The position numbers and the translations under genes were made by a program. The notes below the pieces were generated by a model. It did not search any database. It was not told the DNA's origin and worked only from the letters and a program-made list of their open reading frames with translations. Positions 28,848 through 39,525 of a stretch of DNA of 64,000 bases are shown in pieces (position 1 is the stretch's first letter; every line of letters begins with the position of its first letter). This stretch comes from an uncultured virus (IMG/VR IMGVR_UViG_3300028854_000016). Taxonomy: Duplodnaviria; Heunggongvirae; Uroviricota; Caudoviricetes. The stretch spans positions 1 through 64,000 of IMG/VR virus record IMGVR_UViG_3300028854_000016; one strand, written 5' to 3'.

Positions 28848-29476
28848 ATGATTATTAATGAGATAATAAAACATGGATTAATAAATCCTGGTGATATTTC
28901 GAGAATACACGAATCTAAAAGATTTGTGGGAGTTTCTAAATATATTCAAAATCATTGCTCTGATATTCTAAAAATATATAGAGAAACAGACAATTATTTA
29001 TTTCGTGGATGGGCAGGTGATAAGCCATCAATTTTTATGGGCAATCCAAGAATAGATAGACAGCCAAAAGATGTAGCTTATAACATTCAAGTAGGAGTCG
29101 ATGAAAAATTAAAAGATGCAGGATTTACTGCATTAAGAAGCAATAGTATTTTTTGTACTTGTGAAAGAAATCACGCTGGAAAGTATGGAGCTGTATATGT
29201 GATTTTTCCAATTAATGGATTTAATTATACATGGGCTCTTGGATTATATGATTTATATATGAAGAAATATATTGTCAAAGGGACTCTTGACTTTACTCCA
29301 AAACAGTTTGTTAAACAGTGGAATTTTAAAAAACGGGAATAGAAACATTATTAAAAAATCATATTGGAATTGAAATTTATATCAATGGGCCATATATTGC
29401 AGTTGAAAGAGATTTTCTCTATGGAAAGCCAGATACCACGAAACCATTATTTGATATTTTAGGATTGAAAATATGA
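28848..29476 (+). pseudogene. ADP-ribosyltransferase-like paralogue with one frameshift near 29330
   Basis: LFRG..RQPKD..ALRSNSIFCT..IFPINGF; another frame continues EIYINGPYIAV and ends in an ATGA overlap with the next gene. Confidence 0.65.
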
Positions 29477-30150
29477 TAATATCAGAAGTTATAAATCATG
29501 AAAAATTAACACCTGGTCAAGAGCAATGGATGTTAAGCACGCAGCGAAAAGAACTCGCAGAGTTTATGAAGAAGAATTGCTCAAATATTATTGAAACATA
29601 TAATTATGAAAATAGATATTTGTATCACGGTATGCGGAGCACACATTCACATATTTTTATGGCTCAAACCAGAGAAGATAGGCTCCCAAGGGATACTCCA
29701 GAATATGTGCAAATTAAACTAGATAAAATACTGGCTTCTCAAGGATTTACTGCATTAAGAAGCAATAGTATTTTTTGTACTTCTGATTTTAAGTTTGTGC
29801 ATGATTACGGTTCTCCTTTTATGATTTTTCCAATCAATGGTTTCACTTATACTTGGAATACTACTGCCAAAGACTTGTTTCAAAGATATGAATTACGATA
29901 TGATTCTTCATTGTTGACTACAGAGATGAATAAACCAGATTTAGATCCCAAAAAATTTATCAGCGATTTCAATTTTAAAAATAATGAAGGATTATTAACA
30001 GCGTTAAGAAAAGAAAATGAAGTTTGTATTCATGGATCATATATAGGTATAGAGTGTGAATCAAATATAATTCAGATAATGTTACCTATATTGGGATTAA
30101 ACCATCCTAATTTGGAAGACTATTATGGTCATTATGAAAGAAAGAGATAA
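29473..30150 (+). CDS. ADP-ribosyltransferase-like paralogue
   Basis: LYHG..RLPRDT..ALRSNSIFCT..IFPINGF..ENEVCIHG. Confidence 0.55.
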   Translation: MIISEVINHEKLTPGQEQWMLSTQRKELAEFMKKNCSNIIETYNYENRYLYHGMRSTHSHIFMAQTREDRLPRDTPEYVQIKLDKILASQGFTALRSNSIFCTSDFKFVHDYGSPFMIFPINGFTYTWNTTAKDLFQRYELRYDSSLLTTEMNKPDLDPKKFISDFNFKNNEGLLTALRKENEVCIHGSYIGIECESNIIQIMLPILGLNHPNLEDYYGHYERKR

Positions 30151-30171
30151 AAACTTTTTAAGGAATGAGTA

Positions 30172-30882
30172 ATGAAACTTTTTGAAATCATAAATTACGA
30201 AGAATTAAAATCAGGTCAGATTCAGCGCATACTTGGTCAAAAGAGTAAATCTATTTCCAACTTTATTGAGAATCATTGTTCTCAAATTTTAGATATATAT
30301 TGGAAAGAACAAAAATATTTATATCGTGGTGTAAACTTAATTAGCACGTCACAATTTATGCTGGGAAATTCAAGAGATAACAGATCACCGAAAGATACAC
30401 CAAAAGAAGTCCAATTATTAATTGATAAAAGATTGCAAGAAGCAGGATTTGAGGCCCGAAGATCAAACAGTATTTTTTGCACTTCAAATTTATATACAGC
30501 AGAGGCATATGCAATACCATTGAGAAATGTTTTTATAATTTTTCCAATTAATGGATTTTCATTTACATATAATTCAATGGCTAGGGATTTGTATACATAT
30601 TATGGTTTAAAAAGACAATTAGATAGAACTGATTCAGTGTCTTCTTTTATGAGAGAACTAAACGATGATTCTATTTCTTCAGATATTTTTTGCAGTAAAT
30701 ATGGATTTGAAAAAACTAACTTGGGATATGGTATTAGTAACTTGAGAGAAATATATATTAATGGAAAATATGTTGCTATTAAAATTAAAACAAAATTATT
30801 AGATCATGTTTTGGAAGATTTAAATCTATCAGAAAAAACAAAAGTTAACATAGATCAAGATGGTGTAGTAGCAGGAGAATAA
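30172..30882 (+). CDS. ADP-ribosyltransferase-like paralogue
   Basis: LYRG..RSPKDT..RRSNSIFCT..IFPINGF..REIYING. Confidence 0.55.
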   Translation: MKLFEIINYEELKSGQIQRILGQKSKSISNFIENHCSQILDIYWKEQKYLYRGVNLISTSQFMLGNSRDNRSPKDTPKEVQLLIDKRLQEAGFEARRSNSIFCTSNLYTAEAYAIPLRNVFIIFPINGFSFTYNSMARDLYTYYGLKRQLDRTDSVSSFMRELNDDSISSDIFCSKYGFEKTNLGYGISNLREIYINGKYVAIKIKTKLLDHVLEDLNLSEKTKVNIDQDGVVAGE

Positions 30883-30883
30883 A

Positions 30884-31654
30884 ATGTCTGAAGAAATAGA
30901 AGTAGTAGATATAAAAAAATTACGAGATAAAGTATTTGATTATGTATTGAATAGATTAGGTCAAGGTATGATTGACGTTGAACTTGATCCTGTCCATTTA
31001 CAAAATGCTTTAGATCGAGCCATCGAAGTTTTTCGTACTCGAAGCAGTGCTGCTGTTGAAGAATCTTTTGCATTTTTAACAACTCAAAGAAATGTGCAAA
31101 TTTATACTCTCCCAGAAGAAACAGAAACAGTGTTAAAAATATGGCGCAGGTCTTTGGGAGATTTGGGAAATGGCGGAAGTCAATTTGATCCATTTTCTCA
31201 AGGGTATCTGAATGTATACATTCTAAATGCTGGCAGAAGCGGGGGATTATTGTCGTATGAATTATTTTCAGATTTCCAATTTCAAGTTGATCGTATGTTT
31301 GGTGGACAGATAGATTTCAATTTTAACTCAGTAACTAAAAAGTTAACATTAGTTAGAAGACCAGAAGGAAGTGGCGAGCATCTATTACTTCAGATTTATG
31401 TAAAAAAACCAGAATGCCAGTTACTTTCTGATTATAAGTCATTAACTTTTCTTAAAGATTATGTTCTTGCTCTTTCTAAGATAACTCTCGGTGAAGCAAG
31501 AGAGAAATTTGGAACAATTCCAGGTCCATCTGGAGGGACAAATTTAAATGGCGCTGCATTAAAGACAGAAGGTCAAGCTATGATCGATAAACTTCACGAA
31601 AATATTCAAAATTATCAATATGGCGAAATTCCACTCGGACTTCTTATAGGTTAA
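30884..31654 (+). CDS. neck protein (T4 gp13-like)
   Basis: RLGQGMIDVELD, LGEAREKF..IPGPSGGTNLNGAALKTEG. Confidence 0.85.
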   Translation: MSEEIEVVDIKKLRDKVFDYVLNRLGQGMIDVELDPVHLQNALDRAIEVFRTRSSAAVEESFAFLTTQRNVQIYTLPEETETVLKIWRRSLGDLGNGGSQFDPFSQGYLNVYILNAGRSGGLLSYELFSDFQFQVDRMFGGQIDFNFNSVTKKLTLVRRPEGSGEHLLLQIYVKKPECQLLSDYKSLTFLKDYVLALSKITLGEAREKFGTIPGPSGGTNLNGAALKTEGQAMIDKLHENIQNYQYGEIPLGLLIG

Positions 31655-31658
31655 TTAA

Positions 31659-31688
31659 ATAAAAGCTTGCTAATTAGTAAGCTTTTAT
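31659..31688 (+). terminator. intrinsic terminator
   Basis: ataaaagcttgc-taatta-gtaagcttttat. Confidence 0.6.
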
Positions 31689-31704
31689 TTTATAATATTG
31701 ATAT

Positions 31705-32982
31705 ATGAAATTAAAAGAAATATTAAAACAACTGGAAGAATTAAAATTAGAGTCCCCATATTATATCACTTTGATTAATCAAATGCCAAAATATTTGAAA
31801 TTAAAAAATAGCATTAATAATGAATTCAAAAAGTTGTATCCAAATATAAAAGAAAAATCTCTTGTAGCTAAAATTTTCGCCATTAGAAATCCAGAGATAA
31901 GTATAATTTGCCCATACACGCAAAAGAAAAAGAAATATAATTATTCCCAAAAAAGATATGTTTGTCCAAATACTTGCCAATGTACCAAAGATTATACTAT
32001 AGAAAGATGTATGACAAAACACGGAGTTACTTCAACTAATAAATTGGCTGTAACAAAAGAAAATAAAAAGAATGCGTATATTAGATTATGGGGTGTTGAT
32101 AATCCATCTAAAGTTCCAGAAATTCAAGAACAGAAAAAGATAACAAGTATTAAAAATTGGGGTTGTGAATTTCCATTACAATCAGAAGAAATAAAAGAGA
32201 AAGGAAGAAAAACTAATTTATCAATTCGTGGTGTGGAATATGGTATGCAGGACTCAGTAATTAGAGAGAAAGCCAGAAAAACTAATTTAAAAATTAGAGG
32301 AGTGGAATATCCTTCCCAAGATAAATCAGTAAAAGATAAGATTAAACAAACAAATTTAAAAAATTGGAATTACGAAAATACTTCTAAATCTCCTCCAATA
32401 AAACAAAAGAAAATAGAAACATCATTGCGTAATTTTAATAGAGAATATGGAACACAACGTCATTTAACTTTGGAAGCTATTGATATTATCAATGATAAAG
32501 AAAAATTTGCGAAAGTTTTATTAAAATATGGGTCAAGTGGGGCAGTTGGTATATTGGGAATTAATCAATCATCCATTAGTAGAATACATTCAAAATATGG
32601 TTTAGCTATATTAAAAAATCGATATAGTTCTTATGAAAATGAAATTGAAACTTGGTTAAATGATAATAATATTGATTACCTAAGAAATGATAGAATTCAA
32701 ATTGGACCAAAAGAATTAGATTTTTATTTTCCTAGACATAATGTAGCAGTAGAATTTCAAGGAGATTATTGGCATATGAATCCTTCTTTATATGAAGCTG
32801 ATGATTTAAATGCTCAAACAAATAAACAAGCAAAAGATATATGGAAATATGATCAAGATAAATTTAATAAATGTAAATCTAATGGTATTAAATTAATAAT
32901 TATATGGGAATCTCAATGGGAAGATAATAAAGAGCAAATAAAAGAAAATATTCTTGCTATTCTCAAAGAAAAGGAGTTATAA
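31705..32982 (+). CDS. free-standing homing endonuclease (GV repeats plus Vsr-like domain)
   Basis: WGVDNPSK / RGVEYPSQ repeats; ELDFYFPRHNVAVEFQGDYWHMNP...IWESQW. Confidence 0.78.
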   Translation: MKLKEILKQLEELKLESPYYITLINQMPKYLKLKNSINNEFKKLYPNIKEKSLVAKIFAIRNPEISIICPYTQKKKKYNYSQKRYVCPNTCQCTKDYTIERCMTKHGVTSTNKLAVTKENKKNAYIRLWGVDNPSKVPEIQEQKKITSIKNWGCEFPLQSEEIKEKGRKTNLSIRGVEYGMQDSVIREKARKTNLKIRGVEYPSQDKSVKDKIKQTNLKNWNYENTSKSPPIKQKKIETSLRNFNREYGTQRHLTLEAIDIINDKEKFAKVLLKYGSSGAVGILGINQSSISRIHSKYGLAILKNRYSSYENEIETWLNDNNIDYLRNDRIQIGPKELDFYFPRHNVAVEFQGDYWHMNPSLYEADDLNAQTNKQAKDIWKYDQDKFNKCKSNGIKLIIIWESQWEDNKEQIKENILAILKEKEL

Positions 32983-32988
32983 TAAAGT

Positions 32989-33252
32989 ATGATTAACAAA
33001 ATTGAAGTAACCAGCGAACTAATAGATGAATTGCGAGCTAAAACAAAATTGGCAACCCCTGGATTTTGGTCTTGGGAAGACTCACCGCCAACTTTATACT
33101 CAAATAGAAATTATAATATGCATGGCATGAATCTTCTTGGTAGATTGGATTTGGATTGGAATGGAAAAAATAACTTGGATTTTATAGCAGCAACAGGACC
33201 AGAAATTATTAATGCTTTATTGGATAAAATTGAGGAACTGGAAAATAAATGA
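32989..33252 (+). CDS. Ead/Ea22-like small protein
   Basis: ATPGFW...DFIAATGPEIINALLDKIEELE pattern. Confidence 0.6.
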   Translation: MINKIEVTSELIDELRAKTKLATPGFWSWEDSPPTLYSNRNYNMHGMNLLGRLDLDWNGKNNLDFIAATGPEIINALLDKIEELENK

Positions 33253-33881
33253 AATCAACAGAAATAACAGATTATTCTAAAACAGATCGATCATTATTCA
33301 ATGAGTCATTTTTATTGGAGATGCCACAACTTCATGATCCAGCAGAATATTTTGATAATTTAAATATGGAAGTTCAAGAATATATAGCTGATAATATAAC
33401 TCCAATAAATTTAGGTAATAATCTATATAAAATAGAATTGGAAACAATTGTTTTTTATTGGTTTGAAAAAAATGGCTCTCCTTCAATAATTATCGAATTA
33501 GAAAAGACACCAAGAACTTTAGTCGTGAGATTATTGGGTAAAAAAGATAAAAAAAGTCCTTATGCAGTTGATTTATATTTGGGAATTCTAAAAGATGTTG
33601 GAAAAAATATAACAATAATGAGTGATAATCAAATAACAGAAAAAGGATTTAATGTTTGGGAGAGACTATTTGCTGCTGGTCATAAGATTACAATTTATGA
33701 CAAAAATTCTCCTGGTTCTACTTGGAAAACTGTAAAGTCATTGAAAGAATTTGGTGAGGAATATAAATATAGAACATACAGATATGTTTTAAGTGAATCT
33801 AAATTTGTAAATGAAACTCGCTCATATTTTAGATTGAGACAGATTAGAGAAGAAAACAAATCTGCATTGGAGGACTACTGA
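33249..33881 (+). CDS. hypothetical protein, distant paralogue of 6828-7535
   Basis: SDNQITEKGFNVWERL; MKSTEI start. Confidence 0.6.
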   Translation: MKSTEITDYSKTDRSLFNESFLLEMPQLHDPAEYFDNLNMEVQEYIADNITPINLGNNLYKIELETIVFYWFEKNGSPSIIIELEKTPRTLVVRLLGKKDKKSPYAVDLYLGILKDVGKNITIMSDNQITEKGFNVWERLFAAGHKITIYDKNSPGSTWKTVKSLKEFGEEYKYRTYRYVLSESKFVNETRSYFRLRQIREENKSALEDY

Positions 33882-34459
33882 TGAAAAGCAAAGAATTATT
33901 TGAATCTAAATCTACAAATGTTGTAGTCTGCGATGTTCAGCCAGAATATGATAAATGGTGTAATAGAATAGTTGCCCCTCTATGCAATTTTCTTAACAAT
34001 CAAACTGGAAAAATATATGTATGGTTCAATGGACAAGGAATGTCCAGCGATGAGATGGGAGATGTAAAGAACTATTATGAAGAGAATGGTTTGGACACTG
34101 AAGTAAATGATAGAATAATTTTTATTGAAAAAGAATATGGATTTTTAAGAAACTGGATTGATGGTGGAGTTCCAGATAGAATAATTATCAAAGTTATTAG
34201 AGCAATGGTCCAAAATAAAGTTGATTACAGTAGATTGCTTAATTTAAATAGTGTTTTAAATGATATAGAGCAAGAAGAATTAAATAATTGGGAAGATGAC
34301 GGAATTTATTTCCCTTATTGGTTTGAAGTAAATGAAATCAGAAATATGTCTCCGTTTTATATTTGCGGCGGCGGAAAAGATGAATGTCTTAAAGAAATTG
34401 AATTAATATGCAATGCATTAAATATTAAATATAAACGAATTAATAATTTAGTTTATTGA
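33881..34459 (+). CDS. cysteine hydrolase (isochorismatase/nicotinamidase-like) protein
   Basis: VVVCDVQPEY and YICGGGKDECL motifs. Confidence 0.5.
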   Translation: MKSKELFESKSTNVVVCDVQPEYDKWCNRIVAPLCNFLNNQTGKIYVWFNGQGMSSDEMGDVKNYYEENGLDTEVNDRIIFIEKEYGFLRNWIDGGVPDRIIIKVIRAMVQNKVDYSRLLNLNSVLNDIEQEELNNWEDDGIYFPYWFEVNEIRNMSPFYICGGGKDECLKEIELICNALNIKYKRINNLVY

Positions 34460-34468
34460 AGGATTAAA

Positions 34469-35098
34469 ATGATCATTGGTGTTTTGGGGTTAATAAATAG
34501 TGGCAAAACTACAATAAGTAGCATTTTGGAAAAGAATCATAACTTTAAACAATTATCATTTGCTGACTCGTTAAAAGAAGCAGTTTCGTCTATTTTTGGC
34601 TGGCCGTTAGAAATGATTCAAGGCAATACACCAGAAAGTAGATTATGGAGAGATGATGTTGATGAATGGTGGGCGAATAGACTACAGATTCCAGAATTAA
34701 CTCCAAGATGGATTTTGCAGCAATGGGGTACTACAATAGGAAGAAATAGTTTTCATAATGATATATGGATTGCTTCGCTTCAGAGAAAATTGATTAATAA
34801 TAAAGATAATATAGTTATCAATGATTGCAGATTTGCAAATGAAATAGAAGCAATACGAGAAAGCGGAAGTAAATTCATTAAAGTCATTCGAGGTGATTCA
34901 CCTGAATGGTTGAATACAGCAGTTGATGTTCTCAATAATCCAAAGACAAGCACTAATAATATGTCATTGTTATATCCAACAGTTCATATTTCTGAATGGG
35001 GTTGGGCTAATCAAGAAGTGGATTTTATTATTGAAAATAATTCTGATTTTAAAGATTTGGAAATAAAAATAAATGATTTGATTAATAGTTTGCAATGA
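34469..35098 (+). CDS. deoxynucleoside monophosphate kinase (T4 gp1-like)
   Basis: GLINSGKTT P-loop, SFADSLKE, TPRWILQQWGT, DCRFANE, HISE. Confidence 0.9.
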   Translation: MIIGVLGLINSGKTTISSILEKNHNFKQLSFADSLKEAVSSIFGWPLEMIQGNTPESRLWRDDVDEWWANRLQIPELTPRWILQQWGTTIGRNSFHNDIWIASLQRKLINNKDNIVINDCRFANEIEAIRESGSKFIKVIRGDSPEWLNTAVDVLNNPKTSTNNMSLLYPTVHISEWGWANQEVDFIIENNSDFKDLEIKINDLINSLQ

Positions 35099-35203
35099 AA
35101 TATGTTCTTCTAAAACAGGTATTTTAAAAGAAATAAGCTAAATATCTTCAGTGAGTATCATATGTTATCGATATTAATCAAGCTTAACAAGTGAGGAAAT
35201 CAA

Positions 35204-38200
35204 ATGAGTACAAATTTAATATCTCCTGGAGTGAAAACTTCTATAGTAGATCAAAGTCAGTATTTGACTGCTCCAGCAGGATCAATTCCTTTTATTTTAA
35301 TTGCAACTGAAGAAAATAAAATTAATCCAAGCGGAGTAGTTGCTCAATATACTACTTCAAATACTGCTGGTCAAGTATTTTTGGAAACTAGTCAACGCAG
35401 TTTAATAAATGACTTCGGCGCACCAGTATTTCAAACTATTCAAGGATCGCCAGTAAATGCAGATGAACAAAATGAATATGGATTGCTCGCAGCATATTCT
35501 ACTTTAGGAGTTTCAGATGCTGCATATATTATGAGAGCACCAATTGATTTAAATTCTCTATCTGGTTCTTTGGTTCCCCCTTCTTCTTCTCCTGCCAATG
35601 GAACTCTTTGGTTAGATACTACTGAAACTAATTGGGGAATTTTACAATACAATGCTGCATTACAAACATTTATCCCAATTGCTACAACTAATGTATCAGG
35701 AAATGGAAAACTTTGGGTAATTACAAATACTGCTCAAACCAGTGATTTTGCTTTTAGTGTTCCATTGTCATCAATCGGAAAACCTGGTGATTATGCAGTA
35801 GTAACAACCAATGTTAATAATCCAGTTTGGTATAACAATTATGCTGGAGTTTGGGTAGAAGTTGGAACCGTTACTTGGCAAGCAAGTATTCCAACAGCAA
35901 TAGGAACAGTTGTTAATCCAACTGTCACTGGAAATCTTGTATTGAATAACACAAATGTTGTTATATCTTCAGCCAATGTTACTGTTGCTGCCGCAGATGT
36001 AAATTCAGCATTGATCACTGGGGTTGGCGCAATTGTAGTTGGTAATAGGCTTGGATTAACTGCCACTAGTTCGGCTGCTAATGGAGCAGTATTAGTGTCA
36101 GGCACAGCAGCAACACAAGTTGGAATAACTTCTGGAACATATTATGCTCCTGCGTTTCAAGCAAGTCCATACACACAAGTTCCACAATGGAATATCACTG
36201 ATGCCACCCCAGAACCAACTGGAAGCGTATGGCTTAATACTACACCACAACAAAATGGAGCAAATATTTCACTTCAACTTTACAACGCAACTAGTAATGT
36301 TTGGATAGTTGAACCAGTTTCCATCGGAGCAAATGATGCAGTAATAAATTATCAACTTGATCCTCTTGGTGGAGGAATTAATATTCCAGCAGGAACTTTT
36401 TACGCAGAAACTGGAATAAATTTTACAACAGTATTATTAGAAAGAAAGTCAGGAGTTACAGAAGTAACAGGAACTAACGCAAACATTTCAGCATTGGCTT
36501 CTGGAGTTAATACAATTAATATTAGCACTAGTACACCAGGAAGTTCATTATTTTCTGGAAATGTTGCTATTTCATTTTCTGGACCAAGTACAGCTAATTT
36601 AGTATCTGCTATTAATAGCGCAGCAATTACTGGAATATCAGCAAGTTTAACTAACAATTTAGTTGAAATTCAAAATTCCAATGGAGGCACGTTCTTCTTA
36701 TATGATGGTTCAAATGCTCCATTGGCAGCAGTCGGAATAGCATCAGGAAAAGTTAGCAATTGGTTTGCTCCATCCTATGTTGTAAATCCTTTTGCACCAA
36801 CTGCTGATCCTATAAATGGTACATTATGGTATTATGATGATCCAACGCAAGTTGATATTATGATTAATACTGGTGCTGCATGGGTTGGTTATCATACTCT
36901 TACTAATGATTCTCGCGGCGCAAATTTAGCATTAACAGATACAAATGGACCAATCATCAGTGCTTCTGTTCCAACAACTCAGAGTACAGGAAATGCAGTA
37001 GTAAATGGTGATTTATGGATTAACACTTCAAATCTAGATAATTTGCCAAGTATTTATAGATTGCAAGGAGCAACTGGGCCAGGTGCAAATATTGGCGGAA
37101 CTTGGACACAAATCAACAATACTGATCATACAAGCAGCAATGGTATAGTATTTGCAGATGCAAGATGGTCTACAACAGGATTGGTTGATCCAGCATCAGA
37201 ACCTTTTCCAGCAATCAGTACATTAGTAAATAGTAATTATCTGGATTCAGATGCACCTTCATTCTCATTATATCCACGAGGAACATTATTATTCAATACT
37301 CGCAGAAGCGGAATGAATGTAAAATCATTCGCAACAAATTACTTAACTGGTTCGCCAGTAACTTCAACTTGGGTTACTGCAAGCGGAAATAATGAATTAG
37401 GAGTAGCATTTCAAGGAAGTTCAGCACAAAGAAATATGGTGGTTGAATCTCTTATTTCAGCAATTAGAAATAGTAATCAATTAATGGAAGAATTTTATAA
37501 CTTCTCATTAATTTCTTGTCCAGGATATATAGAATTATTGTCAGTATTAGCAGAACTAAATGTGGATCGTGGGGAAACAGCATTTATCGTAAGTGATAGT
37601 CCATTAACATTACAAGCAAATGCAAATGTGTTAAACACATGGGCAAATAACTTGAATGGTGCTACAACAGATGGTGTTGATGGATTGGTAACCTTCTATG
37701 ATTATGCTGCAACATATTATTCTGCTGGATTAACTACTGATTTGAGCGGGAACAGCGTTGTTGTTCCAGCAAGTCATATGGCCATTCCAGCAATTATTCA
37801 AAGTGATGCAGTTTCATTTCCATGGTTTGCTCCTGCTGGCTCTAGAAGAGGATTAATTAATAATGCAACATCAGTTGGTTATGTTGATGGGACAACTGGT
37901 AACTTTATTGTTAACAGTGTTGGCAAAGCATTACGAGATGTTCTCTATCCTGCCGCAGTAAATCCAATTAGCAATATTCCAGGTTCTGGCATTGAACTTT
38001 ATGGTCAAAAAACTCGTGCTGCATTAGTGGGAGGAGAACTAACTGAATTAAGCAGAATTAATGTTGCTAGATTGGCAATTTATGTTCGCAGTCAACTAGC
38101 AATTATTGCAAATTCATTCTTATTTGAGCAAAATGATAGCATAACTCGCAAAACTATTGCTTTCCAGATAGGAGAATTCTTGACTAGCATTCAAGCAAAT

Positions 38201-38383
38201 CGCGGAATTTCTGATTGGGCAGTTGTTTGCAATTCAACAAACAATACTCCTGCAACAATTGATGCGAATGAACTACATGTTGATGTCGCAATCTCGCCTA
38301 TTACAAGCGTGGAATTCATCTACATTCCAATAACTATCGTTGGTAGTGGAGTTATTACATCCAGTGGTGTATCTGCTGCTTAA
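35204..38383 (+). CDS. tail sheath protein (T4 gp18-like) with large insertions
   Basis: LISPGV start, PWFAPAGSRRG, YGQKT, RINVARL, VCNSTNNTP, EFIYIPI. Confidence 0.93.
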   Translation: MSTNLISPGVKTSIVDQSQYLTAPAGSIPFILIATEENKINPSGVVAQYTTSNTAGQVFLETSQRSLINDFGAPVFQTIQGSPVNADEQNEYGLLAAYSTLGVSDAAYIMRAPIDLNSLSGSLVPPSSSPANGTLWLDTTETNWGILQYNAALQTFIPIATTNVSGNGKLWVITNTAQTSDFAFSVPLSSIGKPGDYAVVTTNVNNPVWYNNYAGVWVEVGTVTWQASIPTAIGTVVNPTVTGNLVLNNTNVVISSANVTVAAADVNSALITGVGAIVVGNRLGLTATSSAANGAVLVSGTAATQVGITSGTYYAPAFQASPYTQVPQWNITDATPEPTGSVWLNTTPQQNGANISLQLYNATSNVWIVEPVSIGANDAVINYQLDPLGGGINIPAGTFYAETGINFTTVLLERKSGVTEVTGTNANISALASGVNTINISTSTPGSSLFSGNVAISFSGPSTANLVSAINSAAITGISASLTNNLVEIQNSNGGTFFLYDGSNAPLAAVGIASGKVSNWFAPSYVVNPFAPTADPINGTLWYYDDPTQVDIMINTGAAWVGYHTLTNDSRGANLALTDTNGPIISASVPTTQSTGNAVVNGDLWINTSNLDNLPSIYRLQGATGPGANIGGTWTQINNTDHTSSNGIVFADARWSTTGLVDPASEPFPAISTLVNSNYLDSDAPSFSLYPRGTLLFNTRRSGMNVKSFATNYLTGSPVTSTWVTASGNNELGVAFQGSSAQRNMVVESLISAIRNSNQLMEEFYNFSLISCPGYIELLSVLAELNVDRGETAFIVSDSPLTLQANANVLNTWANNLNGATTDGVDGLVTFYDYAATYYSAGLTTDLSGNSVVVPASHMAIPAIIQSDAVSFPWFAPAGSRRGLINNATSVGYVDGTTGNFIVNSVGKALRDVLYPAAVNPISNIPGSGIELYGQKTRAALVGGELTELSRINVARLAIYVRSQLAIIANSFLFEQNDSITRKTIAFQIGEFLTSIQANRGISDWAVVCNSTNNTPATIDANELHVDVAISPITSVEFIYIPITIVGSGVITSSGVSAA

Positions 38384-38397
38384 TTTAAAATAAAACA

Positions 38398-38430
38398 AAA
38401 AATGAGCCAGATTTATTCTGGCTCATTTTT
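38398..38430 (+). terminator. intrinsic terminator
   Basis: aaaaatgagccaga-tttat-tctggctcattttt. Confidence 0.75.
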
Positions 38431-38479
38431 ATGCTTATATGGTATAATTAAAGTTAATAGAGAGGTTGTTAACATAAAT

Positions 38480-39509
38480 ATGGTGTATACAAAAGAATTA
38501 GCAATAAAAGAAATTAACAGACTTAAAAAAATTTTTACTAAACCAAGTGTTGAAGCAAAAAAAGACAAAGATTTAGTTAATTGGATCAATAAAGAAATAG
38601 AGAAAAATTATCCCAATTTAAATGAATCATTATCTGCAAAAATGTGGTTGGTTCTGCATGAAGGATATAAATTAATATGTCCTTATGGAAATAAAAGAAA
38701 ATTTTGTAGACGAAGTAGAAATGAGCCACAATTTAATTGTGTTACTTCATGCCAATGTACTATTGAAAATAGGAACAAAACAATTATAGAAAAATATGGC
38801 GTATTGGGTTTATTATCAATTCCAGAAAATCAAAATAAATTAGTAAAAACTTGTTTGGAGAAATATGGCTCAAAAAGCGCAAATGGAAACAAGGATATAA
38901 TGAAGAAACAAATTAATACTAGAAAAAATAAATGTATGATTAAATATGGAGTCTCTCACGAAAAGCAAATACATTTTTCAGAATATGCAAAAGAAATATT
39001 GAATAATAAAGAAAAATTTAGTGAAATGATTTTAAAATTGGGATCACGAGAAATGGCAAAGCAACTTAATGTTAGTCAAAGTACTATTGTAGTATATCAT
39101 AAAAATTAGAATTGAATGTAATTTCCAGAACCAGATCATGTTATGAAATAGAATTAGAAAATTGGCTAATTGACCAAAAATAAAGTTTATATCTAATGAT
39201 ATGAAAATAATAAAACCAAAAGAATTGGATTTTTATTTACAAGATTATAATATTGGTATAGAAATTCAAGGAAATTATTGGCATGGGAATCCAAAGAAAT
39301 ATAAATCAACTAATATGATTCGATCTAATCGTGGTTTGATTTCTGTGGCTGAAATATGGAAGAAAGATGAATACAAAAAGAAATTATGTCAAAATAAAGG
39401 AATTAAATTGTTAGTGTTTTGGGAAGATGAATGGTTAGAAAATAATGATAAAATTAAAAAGACAATTTTAGAAAATTTGCCTTGTGGGATAAATACTTAC
39501 AAGAAGTAA
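38480..39509 (+). pseudogene. KYGV/Vsr-like homing endonuclease with two frameshifts
   Basis: N-part stops at 39109; linking frame LELNVISRTRSCYEIELENWL; C-part ELDFYLQDYNIGIEIQGNYWHG. Confidence 0.75.
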
Positions 39510-39525
39510 TATGGAGAATAATTAG

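Noticed and set aside
29321..29345. Programmed -1 ribosomal frameshift
   Set aside because: No in-frame canonical X XXY YYZ heptamer or clear stimulatory structure
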